28,493 nucleotides of DNA from Candidatus Krumholzibacteriota bacterium (GTDB lineage: Bacteria > Krumholzibacteriota > Krumholzibacteriia > LZORAL124-64-63): the NCBI GenBank assembly GCA_039714075.1, contig JBDLKA010000040.1, positions 1 to 28,493 on the forward strand. The letters are read 5' to 3'. This document shows, one piece after another, positions 13,446 to 23,618 of the stretch (the first letter of the stretch is position 1; each line of letters begins with the position of its first letter). Position numbers and translations under genes: made by a program. A model generated the notes under the pieces. It did not search any database, was not told the DNA's origin, and saw nothing but the letters and a program-made list of their open reading frames with translations.

Positions 13446-15689
13446 ATGAAAAAAGCCTGGGCGGCCGACCCTCTGAACGCAATTTCCCTGGCGGTCTTTC
13501 TGGTCTGGGGAATCGTCGGGATCTGGTTCAGACCCATCGGTGATTTCGGTGTCGAAACGGATTTCTACGGGGATTTCGTTCCTCACGCCCGCCAATGGAT
13601 GAGCGGAAATCCCTCGCTGTTGTCGGGATACCGCGGCCCCTTCTATTACTTGCTGCTCGGGGCTGTTTCCACTTTCGGCGACGCCTTTCTCCTGGGAAAA
13701 ATCCTCTCGGCCGCCTGTGCCGGCGTGGGCATCCGCATCATCGGCGGGGTACTGCGGAGCTTGTGGAATCCCACTGTTGCGGTGGCCGGATCCCTGTTCC
13801 TGGCCGCCAACCCCACCCTGATCCGGTACTCCTATCGAGCCGGTACGGATCTCGTTTTCTGGGTCCTGTTCGCCGCCACCCTGGCTCTTTTGTTCGCGCA
13901 GACCCGCAGGCATTATCCAACCTGGATCCTGGGGGGCGTCTTTGCGGGTCTGGCCTACCTGACCCGTTACAACGGAGTCGCCCTGCTGCCCATGGGCATC
14001 GTCGCGGCACTCGTCATGGTTCGGCCCTGGAAACGATCTGCCGCCACGGCCCTGACCTTTGCGGCAACCTGGCTCGCCGTCGTATCGCCCTGGCTTTTGT
14101 TCCTCTGGAACCAGACCGGCGATCCGTTCTGGAGCCGCAATTTCGCCCTGGTTGCCGAAGGAGTCTACGGGCCCAGCCCCGGTTTGGCGAATATCGGGCA
14201 ATTGGTGAATTCAGTCGGGTTTTCCTCGCTCGGGGATGTCATCCGCCTGGACCCGGGGCGATTTTTCCTCGCCATGGCCGCCAACTTGTACCGGCACCTC
14301 TGGCTGGACATCAAACTCCTCGTCGGGCCGGTCTGGGCCGTTATCGGACTGGCCGGATTCGCTGTCTCCTGGCGAAGCTGGTGGAACCGCCGTTGCCTGG
14401 CGTTCGCACTGGTGGGACTGATCGCCTATGCCGCGCTGCTGCCGGTATTCTACAACAAGCGGTTCATGCTCACCCTGCTGGTTTGGTGGGCTGCGGGAGT
14501 CGGCGGTGCGGCTGGTTTCCTGGCGGACTGGATTCAGAGGGGGATTTCAAAATTTTTCACCAAAGCCCCGGACCGATTCGGTTGGCGAATGGTTCGGATC
14601 GTTGTCCTGGTGGTCGTGGCCGTGGCGGCGGTTCAGGCATCATACGAGGGGATTCAAAGGTCCCAGGGCCGTTTTGGAGAACCGACCATGCCGGTTGCCA
14701 TCCTGGACCTGGCTAATGAAGTTCGCGAATCCGACCTTGTTTTCGCTGACAACACGCCCATCGCCGCGCGCAAGCCTCACATCGGTTACTATCTCGGCGC
14801 CCCGGTCCACACCATTTCCAGCCGGAGCAACCTGAACGACATGGCGGGCACGGGTATGCACTACCTTCTGGTTTCCGGCATCGAGAGCAGGATGTTTCCT
14901 TCCCTGAGCCCCATGCTGACCGACAGCCAACCGGTGAGGGATTTTCCCGGGTTTCGCTTTCTGGCCGCAAGCGGACATTGGGAAAGATCCGGTCTCAAAC
15001 AATCCGCGGCCCTGTATGAGGTACTCAACCCTTCAGTCTGGGACCCTGCTGAGGGTGCGAAGGCCACCCCTCCGGCACCAGCCATTCCCGGCCTGGACCA
15101 CCTGGATCATCTGCGTGCCAAGCTGGCCCGCTGGTACATGAACTGGACCAACGACCAGCCGTTACTGCCGCTTTTCTCCCTGATGAGCCCCGTATCCCGC
15201 ACCCACCCGCTGGTCAGGGAAGTCCTGGGGGACGCCTACCTTTCCGCCCGTGATTACGCCCAGGCCGAGATACAATATCGTGATCTTCTCCAGGAGTCCG
15301 GCGACCCCTCCGAGACACTCCTGAGACTTGCCCTGGCGAATCACCTGGCCGGGAATCACTCCGGATTTGACCGGTTCATGGATGAGTACGTTTCCAACTG
15401 GGAATTGGATGGCGACCCCACCCTGGAAGATTGGATCAACGAGGCCGCCACCCTGGGCCGGGCCAGGAATTATGTCCCCGCGGCGGCTCTGATTATCCAG
15501 TTCCGCAAAACAGGTCCTGATTTCCCCGCCGGCGAGGACCACCGTATGCTCGGCTACTGTTACCTGAACATGCGTCATTACGGACGGGCCAGGGAATCCT
15601 TTGCAAAATACCTGCAACTGGCCCCCAACGACCCCGAAATCATGTCCATTCTGCAAAATGATTTACGAATGACCGAATCCCGACCCTAG
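13446..15689 (+). CDS. GT-C (ArnT/PMT-like) membrane glycosyltransferase with C-terminal TPR region
   Basis: Many TM helices, acidic first loop VETDFY, GPFYYLLL, GLAYLTRYNG, SPWL; C-terminal TPRs (LGYCYLNMRHYGRARESFAKYLQLAPND). Confidence 0.8.
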   Translation: MKKAWAADPLNAISLAVFLVWGIVGIWFRPIGDFGVETDFYGDFVPHARQWMSGNPSLLSGYRGPFYYLLLGAVSTFGDAFLLGKILSAACAGVGIRIIGGVLRSLWNPTVAVAGSLFLAANPTLIRYSYRAGTDLVFWVLFAATLALLFAQTRRHYPTWILGGVFAGLAYLTRYNGVALLPMGIVAALVMVRPWKRSAATALTFAATWLAVVSPWLLFLWNQTGDPFWSRNFALVAEGVYGPSPGLANIGQLVNSVGFSSLGDVIRLDPGRFFLAMAANLYRHLWLDIKLLVGPVWAVIGLAGFAVSWRSWWNRRCLAFALVGLIAYAALLPVFYNKRFMLTLLVWWAAGVGGAAGFLADWIQRGISKFFTKAPDRFGWRMVRIVVLVVVAVAAVQASYEGIQRSQGRFGEPTMPVAILDLANEVRESDLVFADNTPIAARKPHIGYYLGAPVHTISSRSNLNDMAGTGMHYLLVSGIESRMFPSLSPMLTDSQPVRDFPGFRFLAASGHWERSGLKQSAALYEVLNPSVWDPAEGAKATPPAPAIPGLDHLDHLRAKLARWYMNWTNDQPLLPLFSLMSPVSRTHPLVREVLGDAYLSARDYAQAEIQYRDLLQESGDPSETLLRLALANHLAGNHSGFDRFMDEYVSNWELDGDPTLEDWINEAATLGRARNYVPAAALIIQFRKTGPDFPAGEDHRMLGYCYLNMRHYGRARESFAKYLQLAPNDPEIMSILQNDLRMTESRP

Positions 15690-15707
15690 ACGGACCCTCG
15701 CTGCGGA

Positions 15708-17258
15708 TCAGTGGAACCAGGCCTGCAGGAAAATCATCGAGGCCAGCAGCAGCAGGCCCATCAGGCCGACCCGCCGATCCTCCACGTGCCAGATGTCGCG
15801 CAGGCGAATCCCCCGCCGGTTCCTCAGCCAGGCTTCGGTCGCCACGATCGAAAAACCGATCAGGATGGTCAACGCGGTGATGTTGAAATAGGCGGCGTCC
15901 GGAAAGATCCATTCGAGCAGCAGCTTGATCCCGACAGTCAGGATCATCATCGCCAGCACCAGGGACGGGTTGGCGCGGTACAGGAAAACCGCCGACATGA
16001 TCAGGATCACGAAGCCCACCTTGATGTAGTACGACATGTCGTTGAACCAGTGGGTCAGCGCGAATTCGGGGTTGCTGAACTTGATGTAGACCTGCACGAA
16101 CCCGAAGCACAGGCCCGTGACCAGGGTGACGACGATGGCCTTCTTGCCCATGCGCACCACCTGCCGGTCGGTGGCCGCGGGGTTGATCCGCCCCTTGTAG
16201 ATATCGATGGACCACAAGGTGGACACCGAGTTGAAGATCGAGTCCACCGAACTCATCAGCGAGGCAAACAGTCCGCACAGGATCAGTCCGCGCAGTCCGG
16301 TCGGCAGCAGCATGTTGACCAGCGTCGGGTAGGCCTGGTCGGGATCGGCGAGCGGGTTATCCTTCAGCAGTCCGGCCAGGGCGATGCTCGGTACAACGAT
16401 GATGGCCGCCATCACGTATTTCAGCACGCCGCTGGCAAGAAGCCCTATCTGCGCGTGCCGCACCGACCTGGCCGCCAGCGCCCTTTGCAGGATGATCTGG
16501 TTGCTGCCCCAGTAGTTCAGGTTCAGCAGCAGCATGGCGCCGATGGCCGTCCAGGGCAGCTTGGGATGGTCGGCCGGCAGGTGCAGGTGCATCAGGTCGG
16601 TCTGCTCGTAGAGCTGGTGCCAGCCGCCCAGTTCCCGGAGGGCCAAAGTCAGCAGGGTCAGGCCGCCGAGCACCAGCAGGACGAACTGGATGGCGTCGGT
16701 CCGGACCACCGCCCGCAGGCCGCCCAGGTAGGTGTAGGTGGCGGAGAACATCCCCAGACCGACCATCATGATCATGATGCGCGTCGCCGGGTCGGGGCCC
16801 AGGAATGCGATCTGCGCCGGGAAGAGCGCGTTGACCGCGTAGGCGCCCCAGAAAAGCGTGGTCCCCAGGTACAGGAAACCGTAGAGCACCATCGTCAGCA
16901 CCGAATACGCCGTGGCCACCCGCGGTCCGAACTTCTGTTCGAAGAACTGGGTGATCGTCACGACCTTCATCCGCAGGTACAGGGGGACAAAAACGAAGGC
17001 CGCCATCAGGATGCCGAACACCGCGTTGATCTCGAGGTTGGCCTGGGCCAGTCCGTACAGATAGGCCGAACCGGCCATGCCCAGAAAATGTCCCGCGTGG
17101 ATGTTGGTGGCGATGGTCGACAGGGCGATCGAAGGCCACTTGAGCGACCGCGAACTGATGAAGTACTCCTCGGCCGAGGCGTCGTCGCCGGTCCGCGACA
17201 TGATGCCCACGAGCATGACGACGGCGAAGTAGGCGAAGATGATGAGGATGTCAATCAC
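15708..17258 (-). CDS. Sodium:solute symporter (SSS/SLC5 family)
   Basis: EEYFISSRSLKW, YTYLGGLRAVVRTDAIQ, YWGSNQIILQRALAA, ASLMSSVDS; GTG start overlaps the MFS stop. Confidence 0.93.
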   Translation of the reverse strand: MIDILIIFAYFAVVMLVGIMSRTGDDASAEEYFISSRSLKWPSIALSTIATNIHAGHFLGMAGSAYLYGLAQANLEINAVFGILMAAFVFVPLYLRMKVVTITQFFEQKFGPRVATAYSVLTMVLYGFLYLGTTLFWGAYAVNALFPAQIAFLGPDPATRIMIMMVGLGMFSATYTYLGGLRAVVRTDAIQFVLLVLGGLTLLTLALRELGGWHQLYEQTDLMHLHLPADHPKLPWTAIGAMLLLNLNYWGSNQIILQRALAARSVRHAQIGLLASGVLKYVMAAIIVVPSIALAGLLKDNPLADPDQAYPTLVNMLLPTGLRGLILCGLFASLMSSVDSIFNSVSTLWSIDIYKGRINPAATDRQVVRMGKKAIVVTLVTGLCFGFVQVYIKFSNPEFALTHWFNDMSYYIKVGFVILIMSAVFLYRANPSLVLAMMILTVGIKLLLEWIFPDAAYFNITALTILIGFSIVATEAWLRNRRGIRLRDIWHVEDRRVGLMGLLLLASMIFLQAWFH

Positions 17259-18483
17259 GGGGCACTCCCGGTTTGCCGGCGGTCAGCAGCATGACACCCG
17301 CGAGCAGGACCCCGAACAGACCGACGGGCCAGAACGCCGCCGCTCCCCCTGCCCCCAATCCGTCCACCGCGGCTCCCAGGACCGGCGCGATCACCATGGT
17401 CGCCAGGGTCTTGGCCTGGCTTTCCACCGACAGCACGGTGGCGCCTCGGGTCTCGTCCGAATAGGCATCGAAGCGGCTTATCTGCATGGGGCGAAACAGG
17501 TTCTGAAGAAGGAACAACAACAGGAAAGCCCCGACGGCCACCATTTCCCAGCCCAGGTACAGCAGGGGAATCAGAACCAGGTAGGCCAAGAACGACAGTC
17601 GCCAAACGACCAGGACGCCGGGTTCCTCTCCCCCGTACTTTTCGACCACCCGGTGGGAGCGCCGGCTGCCGAACGCCGACACCAGGTTCACCACGAAGTA
17701 GACCGCGCCGATCAGCAGCGCCGTCCGGGATTCGGTCTCGAGGGCGACCAGGAACGGCAGCGCCAGGGCGGCCTGTTTCACCACGGGCTGCAGATAGTCC
17801 TTGCCGGCCTTGAACATTCCTTCGTAGGTCATCGACTCCAGGATGAGCCGGCGCAGGTGGGACTCGGCCAGGATCAAGTGCGCCGTCTCGCGCAGGTGCC
17901 CGAACACCTCCTTGACCGAGGCCTTTTGCCGGGGACCGTCCAACCAGGCGGGATAGAGCAGAAAATTGATGATCCCCAGGCAGTAGGGAATCATCGCGAA
18001 CCAGAAAACATAGGAATAGTCCCGCAACCAGAAGACGCAGGCGGTGGCCGGCACCAGGGAAATAGCTGCCCCCATCTTGGACCAGGAGCGGGTGATTCCA
18101 TAAACCTTGGTCTTTTCGTCCAGCCGGTTTTCGCGGCGCAGCCAGGTGAAGATCATCGCCTTGTGGGTTCCGGTTCGGAACGCGTCGCCGCCCGCGTACA
18201 GAACCATGGCCAAGGCGAACTGCGGAAAACTTTCCCCCGTCGCGAACAGGCCGAAAGAAATCAGGTAGGAAAGGAACGACACGATCATCACGCGCCGCCG
18301 ACCATAAAGGTCGGCCAGGGCGCCCGAGGGTATCTCCATCAGGTTGGTGGCGAATTCCCGGATGGCCACCAGCACGCCGATCAGCGTGAAGGACAACCCA
18401 GCGTCCAGGAAGAACAGGATGATGAAGGGTTCGAAGTACCGCTGGTTCTTGAGGAATCCGTAGAGGGAAAAGCGGAAGAGCAA
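17251..18483 (-). CDS. MFS transporter
   Basis: MEIPSGALADLYGRRR (motif A), GDAFRTGTHKAMI, about 12 hydrophobic segments; TTG start. Confidence 0.9.
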   Translation of the reverse strand: MLFRFSLYGFLKNQRYFEPFIILFFLDAGLSFTLIGVLVAIREFATNLMEIPSGALADLYGRRRVMIVSFLSYLISFGLFATGESFPQFALAMVLYAGGDAFRTGTHKAMIFTWLRRENRLDEKTKVYGITRSWSKMGAAISLVPATACVFWLRDYSYVFWFAMIPYCLGIINFLLYPAWLDGPRQKASVKEVFGHLRETAHLILAESHLRRLILESMTYEGMFKAGKDYLQPVVKQAALALPFLVALETESRTALLIGAVYFVVNLVSAFGSRRSHRVVEKYGGEEPGVLVVWRLSFLAYLVLIPLLYLGWEMVAVGAFLLLFLLQNLFRPMQISRFDAYSDETRGATVLSVESQAKTLATMVIAPVLGAAVDGLGAGGAAAFWPVGLFGVLLAGVMLLTAGKPGVPRD

Positions 18484-18808
18484 GGCGAAGTCCCTCCCTC
18501 AGCCGGTGCGGCGGTTCCTGCATCGGAACTTGGGGTACAGGTTCGTGTCCAGACTGCGCGCGGATTCTACCGTCTCGGAGCGGTGCTTGCCAGCCCGGTT
18601 TGGGGGACGGGAACATAAACCAACATAAATATGTGTTATTCAACCATTTACAACACACCGGCCCGCCGGGGGGCAATTCCCCCTTAAACCATTGACAGGA
18701 AACAGGTTATACGACTTAAAGTTCTTTCTGTGGTATTTTTTTGATATTTAGGTTCATTTTTGGCTGATTTTTGCGATATAACTATTAAGCTACCCAAGGA
18801 GGAGACCC

Positions 18809-19732
18809 ATGAATCCGCGCGTCAAGCATGTGCTAGTAATAACGACCGCCACGATCCTGTTGGCGACCGCCGGCTGGGCCCTGGCCCAGGACTGCCCCAC
18901 CGAACCCACCGTCCAGAACTTCACCGGCGGCGGCAGCACCGCCTGCCCCTGCTTCGCAATGGACGAAGAGGCGGGCGCGGTTTTTCCGGTTCCGGTCGAA
19001 CACTTCCCCATCGAGGTTCTCAAGGTGGGTGTGGGCTGGGGATCGGTGTTCGGCGGCAGCCCGTCCCAGACGGAACGGGCCATTTATATCTACAACGGCC
19101 AACTGCCCGACCCCGGCACGCCCGTCTTCTCGTTGCCCGGACCCGTGATGGTCGACGGTGTCATCAACGAGTTCAACATCGAACCGGTGGGCCCCGTTAT
19201 CATTCCCGCGGCCCCGGTCGCGGCAACCCTCCAGTTCTTCATTCCCAACGCGAACAACATCTACGCCCCGACAGTGGTGCATGACGGCAACGGCTGCACC
19301 GGCGGGATGAACCTGATCAATGCCATCCCCGGCGGCTGGATGGATGCCTGCGCTGCGGGCATCACCGGCGACTGGATATTCCACCTGGTCTACCGCCAGG
19401 TCAATTGCCTGTCCGACGTGGGCGACGACATCCATACCGTCAGCAACGTGCCGCTGAAGGCCCAGCTGAACGACTGCTACCCCAACCCCTTCAACCCCCA
19501 GACGCTGATCAGCTTCGACATGCCGGCCGCCGGCAGCGCGCGGCTGGAGATCTACGCCCTGGACGGCAAGCGGGTGGCCACGCTGGTCGACGGCGAAGTC
19601 GGGGCCGGCCGGCATGAAGAGGTCTGGTACGGACGTGATGACGCGGGGCGGATGGTGCCCTCGGGTGTGTATTTCTACAGGTTCCAGACCAAGGACTTCA
19701 GCGACAGCAAGCGGATGGTGTTGCTGAAGTAA
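18809..19732 (+). CDS. Secreted protein with C-terminal FlgD-like/'YPNPFNP' Ig domain
   Basis: AAGGAGG RBS, signal peptide ending ALA, C-terminal YPNPFNPQT...IYALDGKRVATL...WYGRDDAGRMVPSGVYFYR...MVLLK. Confidence 0.88.
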   Translation: MNPRVKHVLVITTATILLATAGWALAQDCPTEPTVQNFTGGGSTACPCFAMDEEAGAVFPVPVEHFPIEVLKVGVGWGSVFGGSPSQTERAIYIYNGQLPDPGTPVFSLPGPVMVDGVINEFNIEPVGPVIIPAAPVAATLQFFIPNANNIYAPTVVHDGNGCTGGMNLINAIPGGWMDACAAGITGDWIFHLVYRQVNCLSDVGDDIHTVSNVPLKAQLNDCYPNPFNPQTLISFDMPAAGSARLEIYALDGKRVATLVDGEVGAGRHEEVWYGRDDAGRMVPSGVYFYRFQTKDFSDSKRMVLLK

Positions 19733-19763
19733 CTTCGCTTTGGCCGTCCTTCAATCCGGTCGC

Positions 19764-21083
19764 TTAACCCGGGAGGGTTAGGCGACCGTTCAATTCCGGC
19801 AGGACCTCCGATGCCTTCAGCTCGCGGCCCACGGTCTGTAGATGGTGCCTGCGGGCACGTTTCAAACCCCCACCCAGGGTCCGTATCTCCGTGAACTTCT
19901 CGCCCCCGGCCAGGCAATGCGCCAACGCCCCGGCCGCCGCCCGGGTGGCATCGTCGCCATGGTCATGCAAAAAGAGATCGAGTCGGGCCGGCCACATACC
20001 GGGATCGAGGCGATCGAGCCAACGCATCATGGCACCGGAGATGGCCGCGGGATCGCCCCCACGCAAAGCCGACTCGAGTCGCTTGAAGTAAGCCGCCTCC
20101 GATTCCCGCCGGAGATTTCTCCACCTGCGCCACCGGGGATGCACGACACGACCCAGTCCGAATCCCAAGGCGACGATTGCCGTGACCGCAACACCGATCA
20201 ACAGGAGGCCACGTGATCCGGCAGGTTGCTCTTCAACCGCAACCGAAGCTGCCTCCTGAACAGGCTCCCCGACCACCACCAAGGCCAGGCCGGGCAATTC
20301 GATTTGCCGCAGCGTCTGTGCTTTGATGTTCCACCACGGCAGCACGATGTCGGGCAGGATTACTTCACCGGGTTGCTCGAATACATAGGTGACGGTTTCC
20401 ACCCGTTCACCGCGCAGGGCGCCGCGATTGGTTTCGTCGGCTACCGACGGCTCGCCGGGGTAGACGCCCAGGCCCTCCCGTTCGGGATGCTGCATGGGCG
20501 GGAACGCCATGGCGGAGACATCTTCGGCACGCAGGGTCACGGTGCGCGTGATGGCGTCCCCCAGATCCACGGTGTCCGGTTGGGCTGACCAGACCTGGCC
20601 GGCGGAAAGACCGGTGGTGCTGATCAGACCCCGGATTCCTTCGGCCCCCGGCGGGACCTTGCAGGTCACATGCGTGGGCGGGGTTCTGAGTTCCCGCCGG
20701 GTCTCCGCGGGCTGCGCCCCCCACTGCTTCACGGCAACCGTAACCGGCATGGCGGGGATATCCACCCGGCCCGCCCGCTGGCAATAGAGGGAAATCTCGT
20801 ACCTTTGACCCATGAGGGCCTTGCCGCCGATGGTCTCGTTCAGACGCGTCCCCTGGCTTTCGGTTCGCAAGACGTAGGCGCCGGGAATTTCCAGATCGCC
20901 CGCTTTGGCGATCTGCGCCCATCCGTCGGCGGCCAGGACATCGACATGCAACAGAACGCGCTGCCCGACCCAGGCCACCTCCGGAGTCATCGAGGTGCGC
21001 AGAACGATATCCTCCGCGGAAAAAGCGAGGCCGGAACCGAGCATCAGGACGGCCAGGACAATTGCCGGTGTGAAAGATTTCAT
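19764..21083 (-). CDS. batD: BatD-family protein
   Basis: Signal peptide, AWVGQRV, GDAITRTVTL, LPWWN, late TM helix; last gene of the MoxR/VWA operon. Confidence 0.8.
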   Translation of the reverse strand: MKSFTPAIVLAVLMLGSGLAFSAEDIVLRTSMTPEVAWVGQRVLLHVDVLAADGWAQIAKAGDLEIPGAYVLRTESQGTRLNETIGGKALMGQRYEISLYCQRAGRVDIPAMPVTVAVKQWGAQPAETRRELRTPPTHVTCKVPPGAEGIRGLISTTGLSAGQVWSAQPDTVDLGDAITRTVTLRAEDVSAMAFPPMQHPEREGLGVYPGEPSVADETNRGALRGERVETVTYVFEQPGEVILPDIVLPWWNIKAQTLRQIELPGLALVVVGEPVQEAASVAVEEQPAGSRGLLLIGVAVTAIVALGFGLGRVVHPRWRRWRNLRRESEAAYFKRLESALRGGDPAAISGAMMRWLDRLDPGMWPARLDLFLHDHGDDATRAAAGALAHCLAGGEKFTEIRTLGGGLKRARRHHLQTVGRELKASEVLPELNGRLTLPG

Positions 21084-21721
21084 TGCGCGTCACCGCCCGC
21101 ATTCTCCGACCGCGTGGAGAACTGGTAGGCGAACTTGGCCCGCAGGAAATCGGCCGGTTTGGTCTGCACCTGCCGCAACCAGATCGAGCGAAGTTCCTCG
21201 TCGCTCATCTGGTCGCCGCCCTCGGTCTGTTCCTCTGTCGACGACGACTTCTTCTTGTCCGAGAAAACGATCTCGTCGGGCTCCAAACGGCCGCCGGTCA
21301 TCTCGCCGCCTTCGGTGTCGAGCAGGGCCGCCCGCGCGGCGGCAATATCCCGGTTGACCCGCGCGGATTCCCAACCGGCCTCGAGTTCCAGTGCGCGATC
21401 GTACCTGGCCACCGCCTCGTGGTACCGACCCATCAGGACCAGGGCGTTGCCCTGGTTGAAGGCGGACTCGGCGGTGTCGAATCCCGAGAACACACCCGCC
21501 GCCTGTTCGAACTCGCCCTGCCTGAAGAGCGAAACCCCTTGCCACAAGGGATCGCGGAAAGTCTCGGCCGCGGCCGCGAAGTCGCCGGCCGCGAAAAGGC
21601 GGTGGGCCCGCTGGTCGGGGGTCAACAACGGACAGGCGTTCCTCAGCAGGCAGTAGAACACCACCGCCACCACTCCCAGGCCCAGGACCATGAACACGCC
21701 GCCGGATCGCCGGATCTTCAT
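21080..21721 (-). CDS. TPR protein (BatC-like / split C-terminal half of BatB)
   Basis: LTPDQRA, FRDPLWQGVSLFRQGEF, FNQGNAL, WLRQVQTKPADFLRAKF; ATGA overlap with the upstream stop fixes the start at 21721. Confidence 0.85.
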   Translation of the reverse strand: MKIRRSGGVFMVLGLGVVAVVFYCLLRNACPLLTPDQRAHRLFAAGDFAAAAETFRDPLWQGVSLFRQGEFEQAAGVFSGFDTAESAFNQGNALVLMGRYHEAVARYDRALELEAGWESARVNRDIAAARAALLDTEGGEMTGGRLEPDEIVFSDKKKSSSTEEQTEGGDQMSDEELRSIWLRQVQTKPADFLRAKFAYQFSTRSENAGGDAQ

Positions 21722-22629
21722 GACACGACCCACCCTCTGCGGGACCATGCGAGCCCGACAAGCGCGATCAGCGGCAGCACGGCATAGCCGGCATCCCGCC
21801 ACCGCTCGTCTCCCGCCGCCGTGGGCGCGGCGCGAAAATCCGTCTGCGCCCTCGCGGCAATCTCGTCCACGTCAGCCTGGTCGATGGTCATGGGCACCAC
21901 CGCAGCGTGGCGCATCCGCGCAACCTGTTTCAAACCGTCGTCTGCCGGGACGTTCGGCGGCCGGACCGAAAGGAACTGCACCGGAAGGCCTGGAGCGGCC
22001 TCTTCGACGGCGCTCACCTGGTTCGGTGAAACGGCATCCGCCACCACCAGCACCGAGCCCGGCGCACCGGCGCGTTCGAGCACCCTTTCGGCCAGTTGAA
22101 GTGCTTCACCCAGCGCGTCGCCGTCCCGGGGCATCAATTCCGGTGAGAGTTCGTTCGCCATGGCGGTCAGAATGCGGCTGTCCCGGGTCAGCGGCATGAC
22201 CAGGTGGGCGCTGCCGCTGTAGACGATGAGTCCGGTGGTCGCGCCTTCCCGCCTTTCCAGAAGGTCCTGCAGCTTGTGTTTGGATCGTTCGAGGCGCGAC
22301 GGTTGCACGTCCGTGGCGTTCATGGTCGAGTTGGCCTTCAGGAGAACCACCAGCCCTGCCTGGTCGTCCGCGAAGGGTGACGGCTCACGTTCCCAGGCCG
22401 GTCCGGCCAGCGCCAAGATACAAACCGCCCCGAGGATGAACGCGAGATGGACCGGCCGCAGCCGACGTCGTTTCCGTTCGCCCACGAGTAAATGATCGAG
22501 CAGGTGGGGATCGATCATCCGCCGCCAGGCCGAGGTCTGATCCTGGACGCGCCAGAGACCCCACCAGACCAGGACGACGGGCACCAGGCCCCACAGCCAC
22601 AGCGGACGCAGAAAGTGGAACTCAGCCAT
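21718..22629 (-). CDS. VWA domain membrane protein (BatB-like, degenerate MIDAS)
   Basis: MAEFHFLRPLWL, ALAGPAW, DVQPSRLER, GSAHLVMPLTRD; the MIDAS position reads KANSTM. Confidence 0.88.
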   Translation of the reverse strand: MAEFHFLRPLWLWGLVPVVLVWWGLWRVQDQTSAWRRMIDPHLLDHLLVGERKRRRLRPVHLAFILGAVCILALAGPAWEREPSPFADDQAGLVVLLKANSTMNATDVQPSRLERSKHKLQDLLERREGATTGLIVYSGSAHLVMPLTRDSRILTAMANELSPELMPRDGDALGEALQLAERVLERAGAPGSVLVVADAVSPNQVSAVEEAAPGLPVQFLSVRPPNVPADDGLKQVARMRHAAVVPMTIDQADVDEIAARAQTDFRAAPTAAGDERWRDAGYAVLPLIALVGLAWSRRGWVVS

Positions 22630-23617
22630 GGGCCGCCCTCCTCGTCCTGCGCGCCTGCAGCAGAAATAACGCGGTGTGCTGGAGAAGACCGAGAACCAGA
22701 AACACACCCAACGGCCAGTGGAAACGGTCCAGACGGGGCCGATAGGTTTCCGCATCGATTTCGCGCGTATCGAGGCGGTCCAGTTCGTCATAAATTCCGG
22801 CCAGTTCGTCCCGGTCCTGGGCGAAGAAGTAGCGGCCGTCGGTGACGCGGGCCACCGCCGCGAGGGCTTCCTCGTCCAGCACTTCCTCGCCGGTGGCGGC
22901 GGGATCGCCAACCCCAATCACGTGAATCTGGATCCCGTTGTCACGGGCAATCCTGGCGGCTTCAGCCGGCGGGATCCTGCTGCCGGTGTCGTTGCCGTCG
23001 GTCAGGGCGATCATCACCCGGTTTTCGACCTCGCTGCGCTCGAACAGGGTGATGCCCAGGCCGATGGCGTCGCCGAAAGCGGTCTTCGGCCCGGCCATGC
23101 GCACGGCGGTTTCCTCCAGCAGCATCCGGCAGGCGTCCAGGTCCTGGGTAAAGGGCACCTGCACGAAGGCCGCGCTGCCGAAAACGATCAGTCCCACACG
23201 GTCGCCTTCGCGGCGGGTCAGGAACTCGTCCAGCACTTCTTTGACCGCGGTCAGGCGGTCCACTTTCTCGCCACCGGCGTTGGTAAAGTCCTCGGCGTCC
23301 ATGGAGCCCGACAGGTCGACCAGGAGCAGCAGGTCGCGGGTGGGATTGACCCGGCTGATCGGCGGCTCGATGAATTGCGGTCGCGCGAGAGCCAGCACGA
23401 GCAGCGCCCACAGCAGCCACTGGAAGATGAGCCGGTACCAGGACGTCCGGGCAACCACAGCTCCATCGGCCGGTTTGGCGTCGAGCAGGGTCGCCAGCCG
23501 CTGGAACCAGGGGGCGCGGATCGCCTGCCGCGGTTCACGGTAGGACGGCAGCACCAACCGCAGCAACGGCGGCAACAGGATCAGCGACAGAAGCCAGGGG
23601 TAGGCGAGGGTGTACAT
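22622..23617 (-). CDS. batA: VWA domain membrane protein (BatA-like)
   Basis: LALARPQ, MIDAS DLSGSM, GDRVGLIVFG, TAFGDAIGL, LTDGNDT. Confidence 0.9.
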   Translation of the reverse strand: MYTLAYPWLLSLILLPPLLRLVLPSYREPRQAIRAPWFQRLATLLDAKPADGAVVARTSWYRLIFQWLLWALLVLALARPQFIEPPISRVNPTRDLLLLVDLSGSMDAEDFTNAGGEKVDRLTAVKEVLDEFLTRREGDRVGLIVFGSAAFVQVPFTQDLDACRMLLEETAVRMAGPKTAFGDAIGLGITLFERSEVENRVMIALTDGNDTGSRIPPAEAARIARDNGIQIHVIGVGDPAATGEEVLDEEALAAVARVTDGRYFFAQDRDELAGIYDELDRLDTREIDAETYRPRLDRFHWPLGVFLVLGLLQHTALFLLQARRTRRAAHG

Positions 23618-23618
23618 C

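Noticed and set aside
18760..18775. TTGGCTGATTTTTGC as a sigma54 promoter
   Set aside because: GG-to-GC spacing is 9 nt, not the required 10.
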